From the IMG/VR virus record IMGVR_UViG_3300042386_000720, positions 1 through 64,000 of that record: a stretch of 64,000 bases of DNA. One strand, 5' to 3'. The position numbers and the translations under genes are program-made. How positions within the stretch are numbered: the stretch's first letter is position 1; each line of letters begins with the position of its first letter. The stretch is from an uncultured virus (IMG/VR IMGVR_UViG_3300042386_000720) (lineage: Duplodnaviria > Heunggongvirae > Uroviricota > Caudoviricetes). Below are positions 9,752 to 19,537 of this stretch, piece after piece. The notes under the pieces are model-generated. The model was given only the letters and a program-made list of their open reading frames with translations. It made no database searches and was not told the DNA's origin.

Positions 9752-10690
9752 ATGAAAATAATATTAACCGAACAACAAATCGAAACCCTTTCCAACACTC
9801 TTAAACCAAAGAGAGAAGATTGGAATAAGGAGAGGTTGATGAATTTGGTTAAAGATAATCCTAAGTATCTCGATGTTGAAGGTAATCCGTATGACTATAG
9901 TTTGATTCAATATGATATAAACGATAGAATTAAAGTTCGTAATGAAATACCTATCAAATGTCACGCAATATACGATTACGGTGATAAAGAAGGTCAAGAA
10001 CACGGAGTGTTCCGTAAGATATTAAGAACGTGGGTTAGTCAACCGACCGCAAGTTGTCCACAATGTTTAGCACAAAGATTACGTAATAACTTTATTGAGA
10101 AGTCACGTGAAAGTCATCTTGACCCCGATAAGTATGATTATACTATGGTGGATTTCACCGACCCACGTTATATTATACCAGGTCGAGAAAGAGACGGACA
10201 TCGAAGATTTTCCATTTTTTGTAAAACACATAATGAATTTTTTACTCAAGACGCTAATGTCCATAAAAGAGGTGGAGGTTGTCCTCCTTGTGCTGAATCT
10301 AAAGGTGAAGCCGCAGTTGCAAAATATTTGGACTCTAAAGGAATATATTATGAGAGGTATAAAAGATTTGCCGGACTTAAAAACAAATACTCACTTGAAT
10401 ATGATTTCTTTCTTCCTGACTATAAGATGTTGATTGAGTTTGATGGTGAATTACATTTTGCACCGTCCAATCACACTAACGGTGAAACCAAATTTAAAAC
10501 ACAACAAATCAATGACCGTATTAAAGATTCTTATGTTATGGATAATCCTGACATTGTTAGACTGATTCGTGTGTTTGTTAAAACCGATACTGAGAAAATT
10601 AATGACATTCCTGGTATATTGAACAAATTAATCTATATGAAAACAAACGATAAAATCGTTTATAATTCCACATATCCCAAAACCAATTAA
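9752..10690 (+). CDS. Putative endonuclease (DUF723-like Zn repeats + DUF559/Vsr-like PD-(D/E)xK domain)
   Basis: YDYS...C..HG.F...CP.C repeats; SKGE..V..YL, YDFFL, IEFDG.LHF, ND..K. Confidence 0.8.
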   Translation: MKIILTEQQIETLSNTLKPKREDWNKERLMNLVKDNPKYLDVEGNPYDYSLIQYDINDRIKVRNEIPIKCHAIYDYGDKEGQEHGVFRKILRTWVSQPTASCPQCLAQRLRNNFIEKSRESHLDPDKYDYTMVDFTDPRYIIPGRERDGHRRFSIFCKTHNEFFTQDANVHKRGGGCPPCAESKGEAAVAKYLDSKGIYYERYKRFAGLKNKYSLEYDFFLPDYKMLIEFDGELHFAPSNHTNGETKFKTQQINDRIKDSYVMDNPDIVRLIRVFVKTDTEKINDIPGILNKLIYMKTNDKIVYNSTYPKTN

Positions 10691-10699
10691 AACATTACT

Positions 10700-11431
10700 A
10701 TGAATAAAGACGAAGTAATCTATAACGTTCAATTATGTGACGTTGTATATAAAGACCAAAAAGACATTGACTTCAAATCACTTGGATTAACATCCGTTAA
10801 GTGGATTGATGATAAGAAATCAGATACCCAAGGATTTGTTGCCCTGAAAGGGAAGTCACTCTATGTGGTCTTCAGAGGTACGTCATCCAAGAAGGATGCT
10901 CAGAATGATGTGTCGATAGATAAGGTTCCATTTATCCTTGAGGGTGACAAGGTCCATATTGGGTTTAAGTCTTCTTGGGATGCCGTTAAGAACACCATCC
11001 TCAAAGACATCACCAAGATGAGTGGGTATAATAAGATTGTTGTATGTGGTCATAGTCTTGGAGCTGCAGTTGCTACTCTATGTGCTTATAACCTTTCCCA
11101 CGTATTTGAGGATACCACTATTGAATGTTGTACCATAGGGAGTCCAAGGGTCGGTAATAAGACCTTTAAGAACAACTACGACAGTAAGAAGATTAAAACC
11201 CTCAGAATCGTCCATAATAACGACGTGGTGACACGTTCTCCGAACATAGGGTACTATCACGTCAATCACATGTTACGAATCGATTATAACGGTAATATTA
11301 AGAAATTTATGATTGATTGGGAACGTGCTTGGAATTTCCTTAAATCTATGGTTACCGGAAAGAACATTAAGGACCATATGACTGCTGGTTATATGAGTTC
11401 ATTAAAGAAGTGGTACGATAAACAACCTTAA
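10700..11431 (+). CDS. Lipase class 3 family protein
   Basis: VFRGT, VHIGF, GHSLG nucleophile elbow, GSPRVGN, DVV, terminal H. Confidence 0.92.
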   Translation: MNKDEVIYNVQLCDVVYKDQKDIDFKSLGLTSVKWIDDKKSDTQGFVALKGKSLYVVFRGTSSKKDAQNDVSIDKVPFILEGDKVHIGFKSSWDAVKNTILKDITKMSGYNKIVVCGHSLGAAVATLCAYNLSHVFEDTTIECCTIGSPRVGNKTFKNNYDSKKIKTLRIVHNNDVVTRSPNIGYYHVNHMLRIDYNGNIKKFMIDWERAWNFLKSMVTGKNIKDHMTAGYMSSLKKWYDKQP

Positions 11432-11432
11432 T

Positions 11433-11777
11433 ATGAAACTGTTAGATATTATATCAGAACAACAAATTTTTAAACTTACCACACCCGAGCAAACCCTATT
11501 GGGTTTCTTAAATCGTTTCCTTAAAGGAGAAGACGGTGAATTTGAGAAAACACCTGCTGGTCAGTTAAAAAAAACCATGATGTTTAATTCTAAGACCATA
11601 TACCCTATGGCGCAGAAGTTAATCGAGAAGAAAACCACCGGTAAGAAAACCTACGACGATAAGACTTTTAATTCCCTGTTTATGGCCATGGATAAATCTA
11701 TCACGAAGGAACAAAGATATGAGTTCTTTAAGGAAGGTGGGTCCATCACTAATATAAAGTATAACTCCCAGTTCTAA
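11433..11777 (+). CDS. Hypothetical protein (MKLLDIISEQ)
   Basis: ORF within operon. Confidence 0.75.
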   Translation: MKLLDIISEQQIFKLTTPEQTLLGFLNRFLKGEDGEFEKTPAGQLKKTMMFNSKTIYPMAQKLIEKKTTGKKTYDDKTFNSLFMAMDKSITKEQRYEFFKEGGSITNIKYNSQF

Positions 11778-12271
11778 TGAAATTAATTAATACCCTATAT
11801 GAGACCGCTGTTGACCTCCACGAACTACGTGGTGGATTATATAGGGAATTGAGAAAGGAACTTCCAGATGTACCTGAATGGGTCTTTAATGACCTTTATT
11901 ATACCACCGCCAGATTTAATCCAGAGATGATGGACCCTAATCATCCTAAGTATGAGTACATGCAAGGACTTAAGAAGATGAAATGGAAATTCTTCCCTAA
12001 CCTTCATATTACCATGGATAAGTTGGATTCCGAGTCAAGACATAACATTGGACCTCGTATTAAGGGTGCAACCCTATTTGATGGTGATAAGGAACGTCAT
12101 GAGAAACAATTGGAACTCCTTAAATCCGGCAGCAAGAAACCATTGATTATGGTAATGAATCCCACCGAGAAAGGTAAATTGGAAATGTGGGAGGGTTGGC
12201 ACCGATTGATTCAGTTATTCATTATGAACCCTGACGGATTTGAATATCCTGTTTATGTTGGTATTCGTTAA
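11777..12271 (+). CDS. ParB/Srx-like domain protein
   Basis: PLIMV...LEMWEGWHRL resembles the ParB DGxHR motif. Confidence 0.55.
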   Translation: MKLINTLYETAVDLHELRGGLYRELRKELPDVPEWVFNDLYYTTARFNPEMMDPNHPKYEYMQGLKKMKWKFFPNLHITMDKLDSESRHNIGPRIKGATLFDGDKERHEKQLELLKSGSKKPLIMVMNPTEKGKLEMWEGWHRLIQLFIMNPDGFEYPVYVGIR

Positions 12272-12386
12272 TTTCTAACCTCGTACTGTCCTTTTCACGG
12301 TTTTTGTACTCCGGTACCCCCGTTCGCAATTTGTGACCCTTTAATTTTTGTGTCCCTTAATATTAATGGGATATTTATATGTGTAT

Positions 12387-13814
12387 ATGAAACTAATTGA
12401 TATTATATTTGAAACTGTTGTTGACGAAGCCGCAAAAGTTACTCAAGACGAATTTATGCAAAGAATTAAGAGTAAATTCAAGAATGATTTAGTTACACTA
12501 CCTAATGGTAAAAAAGTTCCTCGTTATGACTTTTCCAAAACAGTTTATAAAGGTTCTAGACATCCTATAACTTTTTATTGTAACAAAATAGGTGATAACG
12601 GTAAACCTCATGGTACACAACAAGTGGCTGCAATAAACAATATGATAAACAGAAACGATGGTTGTAAATTATGTGGTGCTGAGAACACATCATCTCGTTT
12701 TGGTCATAATCAAGATAAGTTTATAAAAAAGGCGGAAGAAAGATGGGGGGAGGGTAGATGGGACTATTCTAACTTAGAATACAGAGGAAGTGAAGAACCT
12801 GTAGATATTATCTGTCACAGGAAAGATGAAAATGGAGTGGAACATGGGCCATTTACTATTAATAGAGCTCAGTGGTTCTTGGCAAAGAATAACCCCATGT
12901 ATTGTAAACAATGCTCCAATGAATATCGTGCAAATGTATTTACTCAAAAATCACGTACACGTGAGGAGTTTATAAAAAGGGCTGAAGAAGTAAATGGTAA
13001 GGGTACATACGATTATAGTCAAATGATTTATAAACAAGGTAAAGGTAAAGAACCTGTGAGAAATATCATCTGCCATAAAAAAGATGAAAATGGTGTGGAA
13101 CACGGTTTGTTTAATGTGAAATTGGCACAAAGTTTAATTGCTCAAGAGAGACCTGTAGGTTGCCCCAAATGTGGAAAACTTAAGAAAACAGAAAGAGTAT
13201 CATATAAAAAAGATGAATGGATTGAATTTTCTCGTAGTATACATAAATTGAAAGATGGAACACCAAAATATACCTACGAGAAAATTGATTTGATAAAATC
13301 ACCCTATATACAATCCATTGATGATGTGATTCTAACCTGTCCAAAAAAAGGACATGGTGATTTTTCTATTAAATCGGGTGCCCATTTATATAGTAAATCA
13401 GGTTGTTCCAAATGTGCAACGTCCAAAGGTGAGGATGCGGTGGCACAATATCTTTATTCTTTAGGTTATGACACAATAAAAGATAAAAGATTTGATGACT
13501 GTACAAACGCTTGGAAAGGAATTACATGTTACAGATATAAATTTGATGCGTATTGTCCTGATTTAAACACCATATTTGAATTTGATGGTGGATTTCATTT
13601 TATAAGAACCTTTAATCAGACCGAGGAACATTTTGAATTACGTGTAATGGATGATAAATACAAAAACGACTATTGTATGAGGAAAGGGATTAAATTGGTA
13701 AGAATTGCTTATACCGACATGAAAGACATCAAAGGACAAATTGATAAGGCATTACAGAGTGATAAAATGTTATGGTTATCTGATAATTACCCTAAAAAGG
13801 GTTGGAACCGTTAA
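12387..13814 (+). CDS. Putative endonuclease (four DUF723-like repeats + PD-(D/E)xK domain)
   Basis: Repeated YDYS..Y.G...I.C...HG.F...C..C; SKGE, FDAY, FEFDG..HF, DD.YKN.YC. Confidence 0.8.
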   Translation: MKLIDIIFETVVDEAAKVTQDEFMQRIKSKFKNDLVTLPNGKKVPRYDFSKTVYKGSRHPITFYCNKIGDNGKPHGTQQVAAINNMINRNDGCKLCGAENTSSRFGHNQDKFIKKAEERWGEGRWDYSNLEYRGSEEPVDIICHRKDENGVEHGPFTINRAQWFLAKNNPMYCKQCSNEYRANVFTQKSRTREEFIKRAEEVNGKGTYDYSQMIYKQGKGKEPVRNIICHKKDENGVEHGLFNVKLAQSLIAQERPVGCPKCGKLKKTERVSYKKDEWIEFSRSIHKLKDGTPKYTYEKIDLIKSPYIQSIDDVILTCPKKGHGDFSIKSGAHLYSKSGCSKCATSKGEDAVAQYLYSLGYDTIKDKRFDDCTNAWKGITCYRYKFDAYCPDLNTIFEFDGGFHFIRTFNQTEEHFELRVMDDKYKNDYCMRKGIKLVRIAYTDMKDIKGQIDKALQSDKMLWLSDNYPKKGWNR

Positions 13815-13837
13815 TAATATATTAAAACAACTATAAT

Positions 13838-13960
13838 ATGGGAACAGCAGCAAAAAAACCACGTGCAATGAGAAGTGTACGTTCAGGAAGAAAGAAAATG
13901 GAAATCTATAAAAAGAATCAAGAAATTCTTAAGAAGTATTTGAAATTAGTTAAAGAGTAA
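13838..13960 (+). CDS. Small basic protein (40 aa)
   Basis: MGTAAKKPRAMRSVRSGRKK...; stop overlaps the next ATG (TAATG). Confidence 0.6.
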   Translation: MGTAAKKPRAMRSVRSGRKKMEIYKKNQEILKKYLKLVKE

Positions 13961-14598
13961 TGAAATTTGAACATATCATTATTGAAATGATTCAACATGA
14001 TGTTGATGAGATTGCAACGAAAGAAAAAGAACTCGTTGGTAAAGGTGCATTTCATAATGTATATCCATCCAATAAGAACCCAAACATGGTTTATAAAATT
14101 GGATTTGATGAAGACGTTAATGGTTGGGTTGATTTATTTAAAAGTCGTCCTGACATATTCCCAAAGGTATATGGTACGGGTTATGTTAATATCAAATTGA
14201 AAAAACAAGTAACGAACTTCTCTTGGAGAACTGGCGAATTTAAACCAATCACATATAACCCCGGTGATACTATTAAAGTAAAGTATGTTGCAGTTGAAAG
14301 ATTGAACACAGAGAAAGCAAAACAATATTGGAATTCATTAGCTAACGTTGTTTCAACAATGTCAGGTAAATCATTACAAACATATCTTACAAGTTTGGGA
14401 ATGGATGAGGAAATGGAGGAAGAATTCCTATCTATTGGTGAAAAAATAAAAGAAACGGGTAATGAATTCATTTACGAAATCTTTGTTGGGTTCTATAATC
14501 TTATTCATTCTGTATACGAATTGAAACCAACTGCAGATGTTCACGTCGGTAACTATGGGTATGATAAGGACGGTAATCTAAAATGTTTAGATATTTAA
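13960..14598 (+). CDS. Protein-kinase-like fold protein
   Basis: LVGKGAFHNVY Gly loop, VYK, DVHVGNYG catalytic loop, CLDI. Confidence 0.7.
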   Translation: MKFEHIIIEMIQHDVDEIATKEKELVGKGAFHNVYPSNKNPNMVYKIGFDEDVNGWVDLFKSRPDIFPKVYGTGYVNIKLKKQVTNFSWRTGEFKPITYNPGDTIKVKYVAVERLNTEKAKQYWNSLANVVSTMSGKSLQTYLTSLGMDEEMEEEFLSIGEKIKETGNEFIYEIFVGFYNLIHSVYELKPTADVHVGNYGYDKDGNLKCLDI

Positions 14599-14602
14599 TA
14601 TT

Positions 14603-14914
14603 ATGAAATTAACAGACATACTAACAGAATCAAAGTCATTTGATGAGTTTGCAGAAAAAAGAATGGGTGGTGCATCTAAGATTGCCGATAATGCTAAAGA
14701 GAAAGGTGGTCCAGCAATGTTAACCTATCACCATTTTAAGGTGAAACTTCCTTACTATAAGAAAGCATCTGAAGGTAAATTTGATATAGAAGAGTCAAAG
14801 AAAGAGTTTATTAAAACATTAAAAAGTATATCTTTAGATATGAACCAAACTGAATTTCAAATAGAGGTTGGTCGTTTAGAGGTACTTGGTGAACTTATAA
14901 TCAAACATAAATAA
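14603..14914 (+). CDS. Hypothetical protein (MKLTDILTES)
   Basis: ORF. Confidence 0.75.
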   Translation: MKLTDILTESKSFDEFAEKRMGGASKIADNAKEKGGPAMLTYHHFKVKLPYYKKASEGKFDIEESKKEFIKTLKSISLDMNQTEFQIEVGRLEVLGELIIKHK

Positions 14915-14970
14915 AGATACCTCCGGTTTGAAGACCGGACTTAGGGCCGGGACTAGTTACTAATCCCGTT

Positions 14971-15003
14971 GGGACAAGAATTCGCTACTCTTGTCCCTTT
15001 TTT
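14971..15003 (+). terminator. Rho-independent terminator preceded by two extra hairpins
   Basis: gggacaaga...tcttgtccc followed by a T-run. Confidence 0.8.
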
Positions 15004-15053
15004 ATTTAAATTATTTTAACAAATCCGTATATTTATAGAGATATAAAATCAAA

Positions 15054-15419
15054 ATGGGAAAAAAAATCAAAATCACAGAAGAACAATTAAAGAAAATAAT
15101 TGCGTCTAAACAAGTAAACGAACAATCTGCTGGTGCAGTTGGTGTTGAAAATGGTATGGATGTTGCTAGCGAAACAGAAAGAATGATTGATAGTTTTGTT
15201 AGTCAATATAAGGATTTGGTTGCGGGTTCAGAATTCGATAGTGAAGAGGCTCTATTAAATGCTTGTGACATATTAAAAAATAAGTTATGTAGTAATAATG
15301 AACCAGTAGATTACACTATGGGTAGTGATGATGAAAACATGATGCCAAACCCACCTTCAGAAATTAATATGAACGAGTCGGTAATCAAAATAAAATCAGA
15401 ATTTAATAGATTTTTATAA
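15054..15419 (+). CDS. Hypothetical protein (KIKITEEQL motif)
   Basis: ORF; C-terminal NES..KIKSEFNRFL shared with the next gene. Confidence 0.8.
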   Translation: MGKKIKITEEQLKKIIASKQVNEQSAGAVGVENGMDVASETERMIDSFVSQYKDLVAGSEFDSEEALLNACDILKNKLCSNNEPVDYTMGSDDENMMPNPPSEINMNESVIKIKSEFNRFL

Positions 15420-15673
15420 TGGCGGATAGTTTAATGAAGCAATTTGGTGGGATTAGTAAGTTACTAACTTATATGTTGAATAACCCGACCGTTAAGGAAA
15501 GGGAATTTGTTATTCACACATTAAAAACCGATGATTCTTTTTCACCCGAAGTTGTTAATTTAATTTTAGGGGAATTAACTGATAAGACAGAATACCCAAA
15601 AGATGACGATTTAAGATTTCAATACAGTCTAAACGAATCTATTAAAAAAGAATTCGATAGATTTATTAAATAA
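15419..15673 (+). CDS. Hypothetical protein
   Basis: C-terminal LNESIKKEFDRFIK. Confidence 0.75.
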   Translation: MADSLMKQFGGISKLLTYMLNNPTVKEREFVIHTLKTDDSFSPEVVNLILGELTDKTEYPKDDDLRFQYSLNESIKKEFDRFIK

Positions 15674-15776
15674 GTTTAAAACCCTCAATTATGAGGGTTT
15701 TTTTTTGACTGATGACTTTTACGTGTTCTTTAAGGAGAATATAGAGAAATGTTATCATGTATAGTATTTATACTAT

Positions 15777-16385
15777 ATGAAAATAGTATTAACCGAAAAT
15801 CAATACAAATCTATTATTCTTGAAGAGACGAATGGTATCGACTCGTTTATTGATGAGTTATTGACTGCTTACCCAAGATTGGAGTCTCACATTGATTTAG
15901 TTAAGAAATTCATAGAAGAATCAAATTGTCAAGATATTGAATTTGGTACCTTTAAATTACCAGCTGCGGGTATATCGTTACACAATAAAGTCGTTATTAA
16001 TAAAAAGGTATTACAATATACATTAGAAAATACCCTATTTGTTATTTTCCACGAAGTGGCTCATCAATACCAATATAAGAAATATGGTTCAAGTATGATG
16101 CACAGATTTTATGTTGGGGAGGTTGACATGGATGAGGCGGTTAGATTTTTAAAATATACAGAAAATGTTGCGGATCAGTTTGGGTTGAGAAAGTGTAGGG
16201 AATTTGTTAAATTAGGTTTATTAACCAAAGAATACATACCTAAAATGGGGGGATATGACAACTATAGTGATATGATGTTTGTTAACTATCTTAACACTCT
16301 TAGAAACAGGATAAAAGAAAGTGGTGAGACAGATGATGAAAAAATAAGTGAATCTCTTTATAACTGGGCCATCGTAAAATTATAA
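15777..16385 (+). CDS. Zincin-like metallopeptidase-motif protein
   Basis: HEVAH plus downstream E..AD; N-terminal MKIVLTENQ. Confidence 0.75.
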   Translation: MKIVLTENQYKSIILEETNGIDSFIDELLTAYPRLESHIDLVKKFIEESNCQDIEFGTFKLPAAGISLHNKVVINKKVLQYTLENTLFVIFHEVAHQYQYKKYGSSMMHRFYVGEVDMDEAVRFLKYTENVADQFGLRKCREFVKLGLLTKEYIPKMGGYDNYSDMMFVNYLNTLRNRIKESGETDDEKISESLYNWAIVKL

Positions 16386-16386
16386 C

Positions 16387-16734
16387 ATGAAAATAGTATT
16401 AACCGAATCACAATTAAAGTACATTATTGAATCAGAAAAAAACGGAGTCGTACATTGTGATGGTTGTGGATGGGAATGGAAGAAATCTGAGGGTGGTAAA
16501 GACCCATATACTTGTCATAAGTGTGGACATGACAATGAAAAATTGAATGAGGATGACGGAGAAAGAAAGGATGTTTATAGTTCATTGACCGATAAACAAA
16601 TTAAAAGTATTGACGATTTAAATAAGGACGCAAAATTCTTAAAATGTAAGGCGTGTAGAAAATTATATACCCAAACAACACACAAAAAGAAAAAATCACT
16701 ACCCATTTGTCCTTGGTGTGGAAAACATAATTAA
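16387..16734 (+). CDS. Double zinc-ribbon protein
   Basis: CDGC...CHKC and CKAC...CPWC; MKIVLTESQL. Confidence 0.8.
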   Translation: MKIVLTESQLKYIIESEKNGVVHCDGCGWEWKKSEGGKDPYTCHKCGHDNEKLNEDDGERKDVYSSLTDKQIKSIDDLNKDAKFLKCKACRKLYTQTTHKKKKSLPICPWCGKHN

Positions 16735-16768
16735 CGATAATTAGATATTTATTTAAAAAATAGAATTG

Positions 16769-17995
16769 ATGAAAAGAATTATTTTTACAGAAAACCAAAT
16801 GAAAATGGTTTTAAGTAACATTATAAATGAACAAGTTGGATTTGAAAGACAAGATAATGTTAATACTATTGTGTCAACAAAAGACCCTAAACACTCCAAA
16901 TTTTTTGCAACCAAAGATTTGGGTTATATGGTGAAGAGAGCAGGTTTAATGTGGAATACAAATACAAAAAGTATCGTACCCGATGAAGAAATGGATAGGG
17001 AATTTGCCAAAAATGTGGCAAATATGAAATCTATGATGGATGGAACATCCGTACAGGTTTTTGATAGCATGTTAACTAAAAATCCAAACTTTTATTATTA
17101 TTGTGTATTTCTTTTTATTAATGGTCAGTTTGGAACTCAAACTAAAAATAAAAAAATTGTTGTTGATAATCAAACAACAATAAAACAAGAGATGGTTAGT
17201 CCGGGACAAGACGGTAAGGAAATTGATATTCCAAACGTAGAACAGGGATATGAAATGGTTACTCCCCCGTCGGTTGAACAACCAATGCAATTTCAATTTA
17301 ATGAGGCGATAATGACCCCTCAATTTATTCAATACATTAATGAAACTATTTTTGGTGGTATTGATCAGGCCATTAGTAATATGACCGCTCAATTAGAAAA
17401 AGATGGTAGAAAAGCGGTGGACGTTTACATAAACAAATTACAAATTACCTCATCTAGCTCAACAATACCAAACGGACAAAGTAAACAAACTTTTCCTGGA
17501 AAAGTTCCAACATTTAAAGAATTATCAGATGCAAGAGCAAAAGTTGTGTACGATTATTTGGTAGATGGGTTAACCAAAAGAAATGCAAAATTCAACCAAG
17601 AGGGTATTGTAATTAATAGTAATGGTACGAATGCAGGTAAAATGATTAAAATTAAAAATGGAAATAAAATGATTGAGGTTGATGGGACAGGTACAAGTGG
17701 GGATGCATATGTTGGTCAGGATAAACAAGAATTGGTTAAAAATCAAAGAGTTGATATGTCATTTGCATTTGCGGTTAGAGGAACTAATCCTCCAAAAACA
17801 GGAAAGGTTACAATTGACCCGATTCCACCACAATTTGCTCCCGTAGAAGTTACCGATTTTATAATTAGATTTACTGCCACCGGTAGAAACATACTTAAGT
17901 TAAGACCTAACATTAGCCTTAGGATTACATTACCAAGAATATCGTTTGGAGGTTTCTTTGGAAGAGGAACAAGTATGCCATGTCCTAAATTTTAA
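16769..17995 (+). CDS. Protein with OmpA-like peptidoglycan-binding domain
   Basis: ELSDARAKVVYDYL...NQRVD; N-terminal KRIIFTENQ. Confidence 0.65.
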   Translation: MKRIIFTENQMKMVLSNIINEQVGFERQDNVNTIVSTKDPKHSKFFATKDLGYMVKRAGLMWNTNTKSIVPDEEMDREFAKNVANMKSMMDGTSVQVFDSMLTKNPNFYYYCVFLFINGQFGTQTKNKKIVVDNQTTIKQEMVSPGQDGKEIDIPNVEQGYEMVTPPSVEQPMQFQFNEAIMTPQFIQYINETIFGGIDQAISNMTAQLEKDGRKAVDVYINKLQITSSSSTIPNGQSKQTFPGKVPTFKELSDARAKVVYDYLVDGLTKRNAKFNQEGIVINSNGTNAGKMIKIKNGNKMIEVDGTGTSGDAYVGQDKQELVKNQRVDMSFAFAVRGTNPPKTGKVTIDPIPPQFAPVEVTDFIIRFTATGRNILKLRPNISLRITLPRISFGGFFGRGTSMPCPKF

Positions 17996-18558
17996 TTTAA
18001 AGCAATAAAACAAAAATACAGGGTTTTACTTTCATCATAACAATGTGATAAGTAAAACCTTTTTATATTGGGGTTAAGAAGTAATTCGTTATGATTTTTT
18101 GAATATTTCCATTTTAAAAAACAATATTTGGCAATATTATAATTCGATACAACCCCCATTGACATTTCATTTTTTACATAATTTAATTCTTTAAGTTCTA
18201 TTACAATTGTATCTCCCTTTTCATTTATTATTTCTTTAAAATGTTGATAGTTCGGTTTGTTTGTTAGAGTTGGGATTTTAAATAGAACAATATTTTCATA
18301 AGCCTCACTATATTTTAATCCCCTATTAAACACTTTATCTACAAACCCCCTGTGACTATAATCTTTGGTTATATCGTTACAACGTTCATCGGAAAAATAT
18401 TTAATTGACTCATCTAATGAAATTCTGTGTAGACCATTACTTATTCGATATTCATTAATAATCTCCTCAAAATGAAATATAATAGACTTTTCATTATATT
18501 CAGGATTTGAAAACCCGAATACAATTGGTAGAAACAATAGGATTAAAAATTTCGTCAT
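17992..18558 (-). CDS. CAP/SCP domain secreted protein
   Basis: Signal peptide; INEYR..NGL, YSH, ENI, W..S..HN..LL. Confidence 0.8.
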   Translation of the reverse strand: MTKFLILLFLPIVFGFSNPEYNEKSIIFHFEEIINEYRISNGLHRISLDESIKYFSDERCNDITKDYSHRGFVDKVFNRGLKYSEAYENIVLFKIPTLTNKPNYQHFKEIINEKGDTIVIELKELNYVKNEMSMGVVSNYNIAKYCFLKWKYSKNHNELLLNPNIKRFYLSHCYDESKTLYFCFIALN

Positions 18559-18666
18559 AAATCAAATTTACACAAAAATATAGAATATTTCTGATTCTAC
18601 TAAATTTTTTATGTCCATTGTCTAGATATTTATAATTAAATAAAGACTTTAAACACAAAACATATT

Positions 18667-19509
18667 ATGTTACTAAAACTAGGATCTGAAGGAGAAGATG
18701 TAAAAAAACTCCAAGTTAAATTGGGTGTTGACCCAATAGGTAAATTTGGACCAAAAACAGAAGCGGCGGTTAAAACGTGGCAATCTGCTAATGGTTTAAC
18801 TGCAGATGGTATTGTTGGTGATGGCACTTGGGGTAAGTTATTCTCTGAAGGTGTTGTAAGTGCTCCAACAATTATAACTGAACCAGCACCTGTTGCTTCA
18901 GTTGGTGGGTTAAAATTAGAAAAACTAAAGGGTCATATTCCTGATGCGGTTATTCGTCAAATTCCCGACACGGCTGCTAAATTTCAAATTAATACACCGT
19001 TAAGATTAGCACACTTCTTGGCACAATGTGGTCATGAATCAGGAGGGTTTAGAGCTACAAAAGAAAATTTAAATTATTCAGCTAAGGGATTAGTGGGTAC
19101 GTTTAAAAAGTATTTCCCAAATGAAGCAGCAGCAAAACCATACGAAAGACAACCTACTAAAATTGCAAATAAAGTTTACGGAAATAGAATGGGTAATGGT
19201 CCTGAATCATCTGGAGAAGGTGCAAAATTCTGTGGACGTGGATATATCCAATTAACTGGTAAGGAAAACTACACTGCGTTTGGTAAATCAATTAATGAAG
19301 ATATCCTATCAAATCCTGACAAGGTTGCATCAGATTATGCATTATTATCAGCAGCTTGGTTCTTCTCAAAGAACGGTCTACATAAAATGGCTGACGGTGG
19401 AGCAACTGATGCTGTTGTTACTTCAATTACAAAAAGAGTAAATGGAGGTACGATTGGATTAGCGGATAGAATTAAACACTTTAAAGAATATTATTCATTA
19501 TTATCATAA
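18667..19509 (+). CDS. Endolysin: PG-binding domain + GH19 (chitinase-like) catalytic domain
   Basis: DGIVG..TW; AHFLAQ..HESGG, ENLNYS, GRGYIQLTG, ITKRVNGG. Confidence 0.93.
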   Translation: MLLKLGSEGEDVKKLQVKLGVDPIGKFGPKTEAAVKTWQSANGLTADGIVGDGTWGKLFSEGVVSAPTIITEPAPVASVGGLKLEKLKGHIPDAVIRQIPDTAAKFQINTPLRLAHFLAQCGHESGGFRATKENLNYSAKGLVGTFKKYFPNEAAAKPYERQPTKIANKVYGNRMGNGPESSGEGAKFCGRGYIQLTGKENYTAFGKSINEDILSNPDKVASDYALLSAAWFFSKNGLHKMADGGATDAVVTSITKRVNGGTIGLADRIKHFKEYYSLLS

Positions 19510-19537
19510 ATAAAAAAGGGACTTAAAGTCCCTTTTT

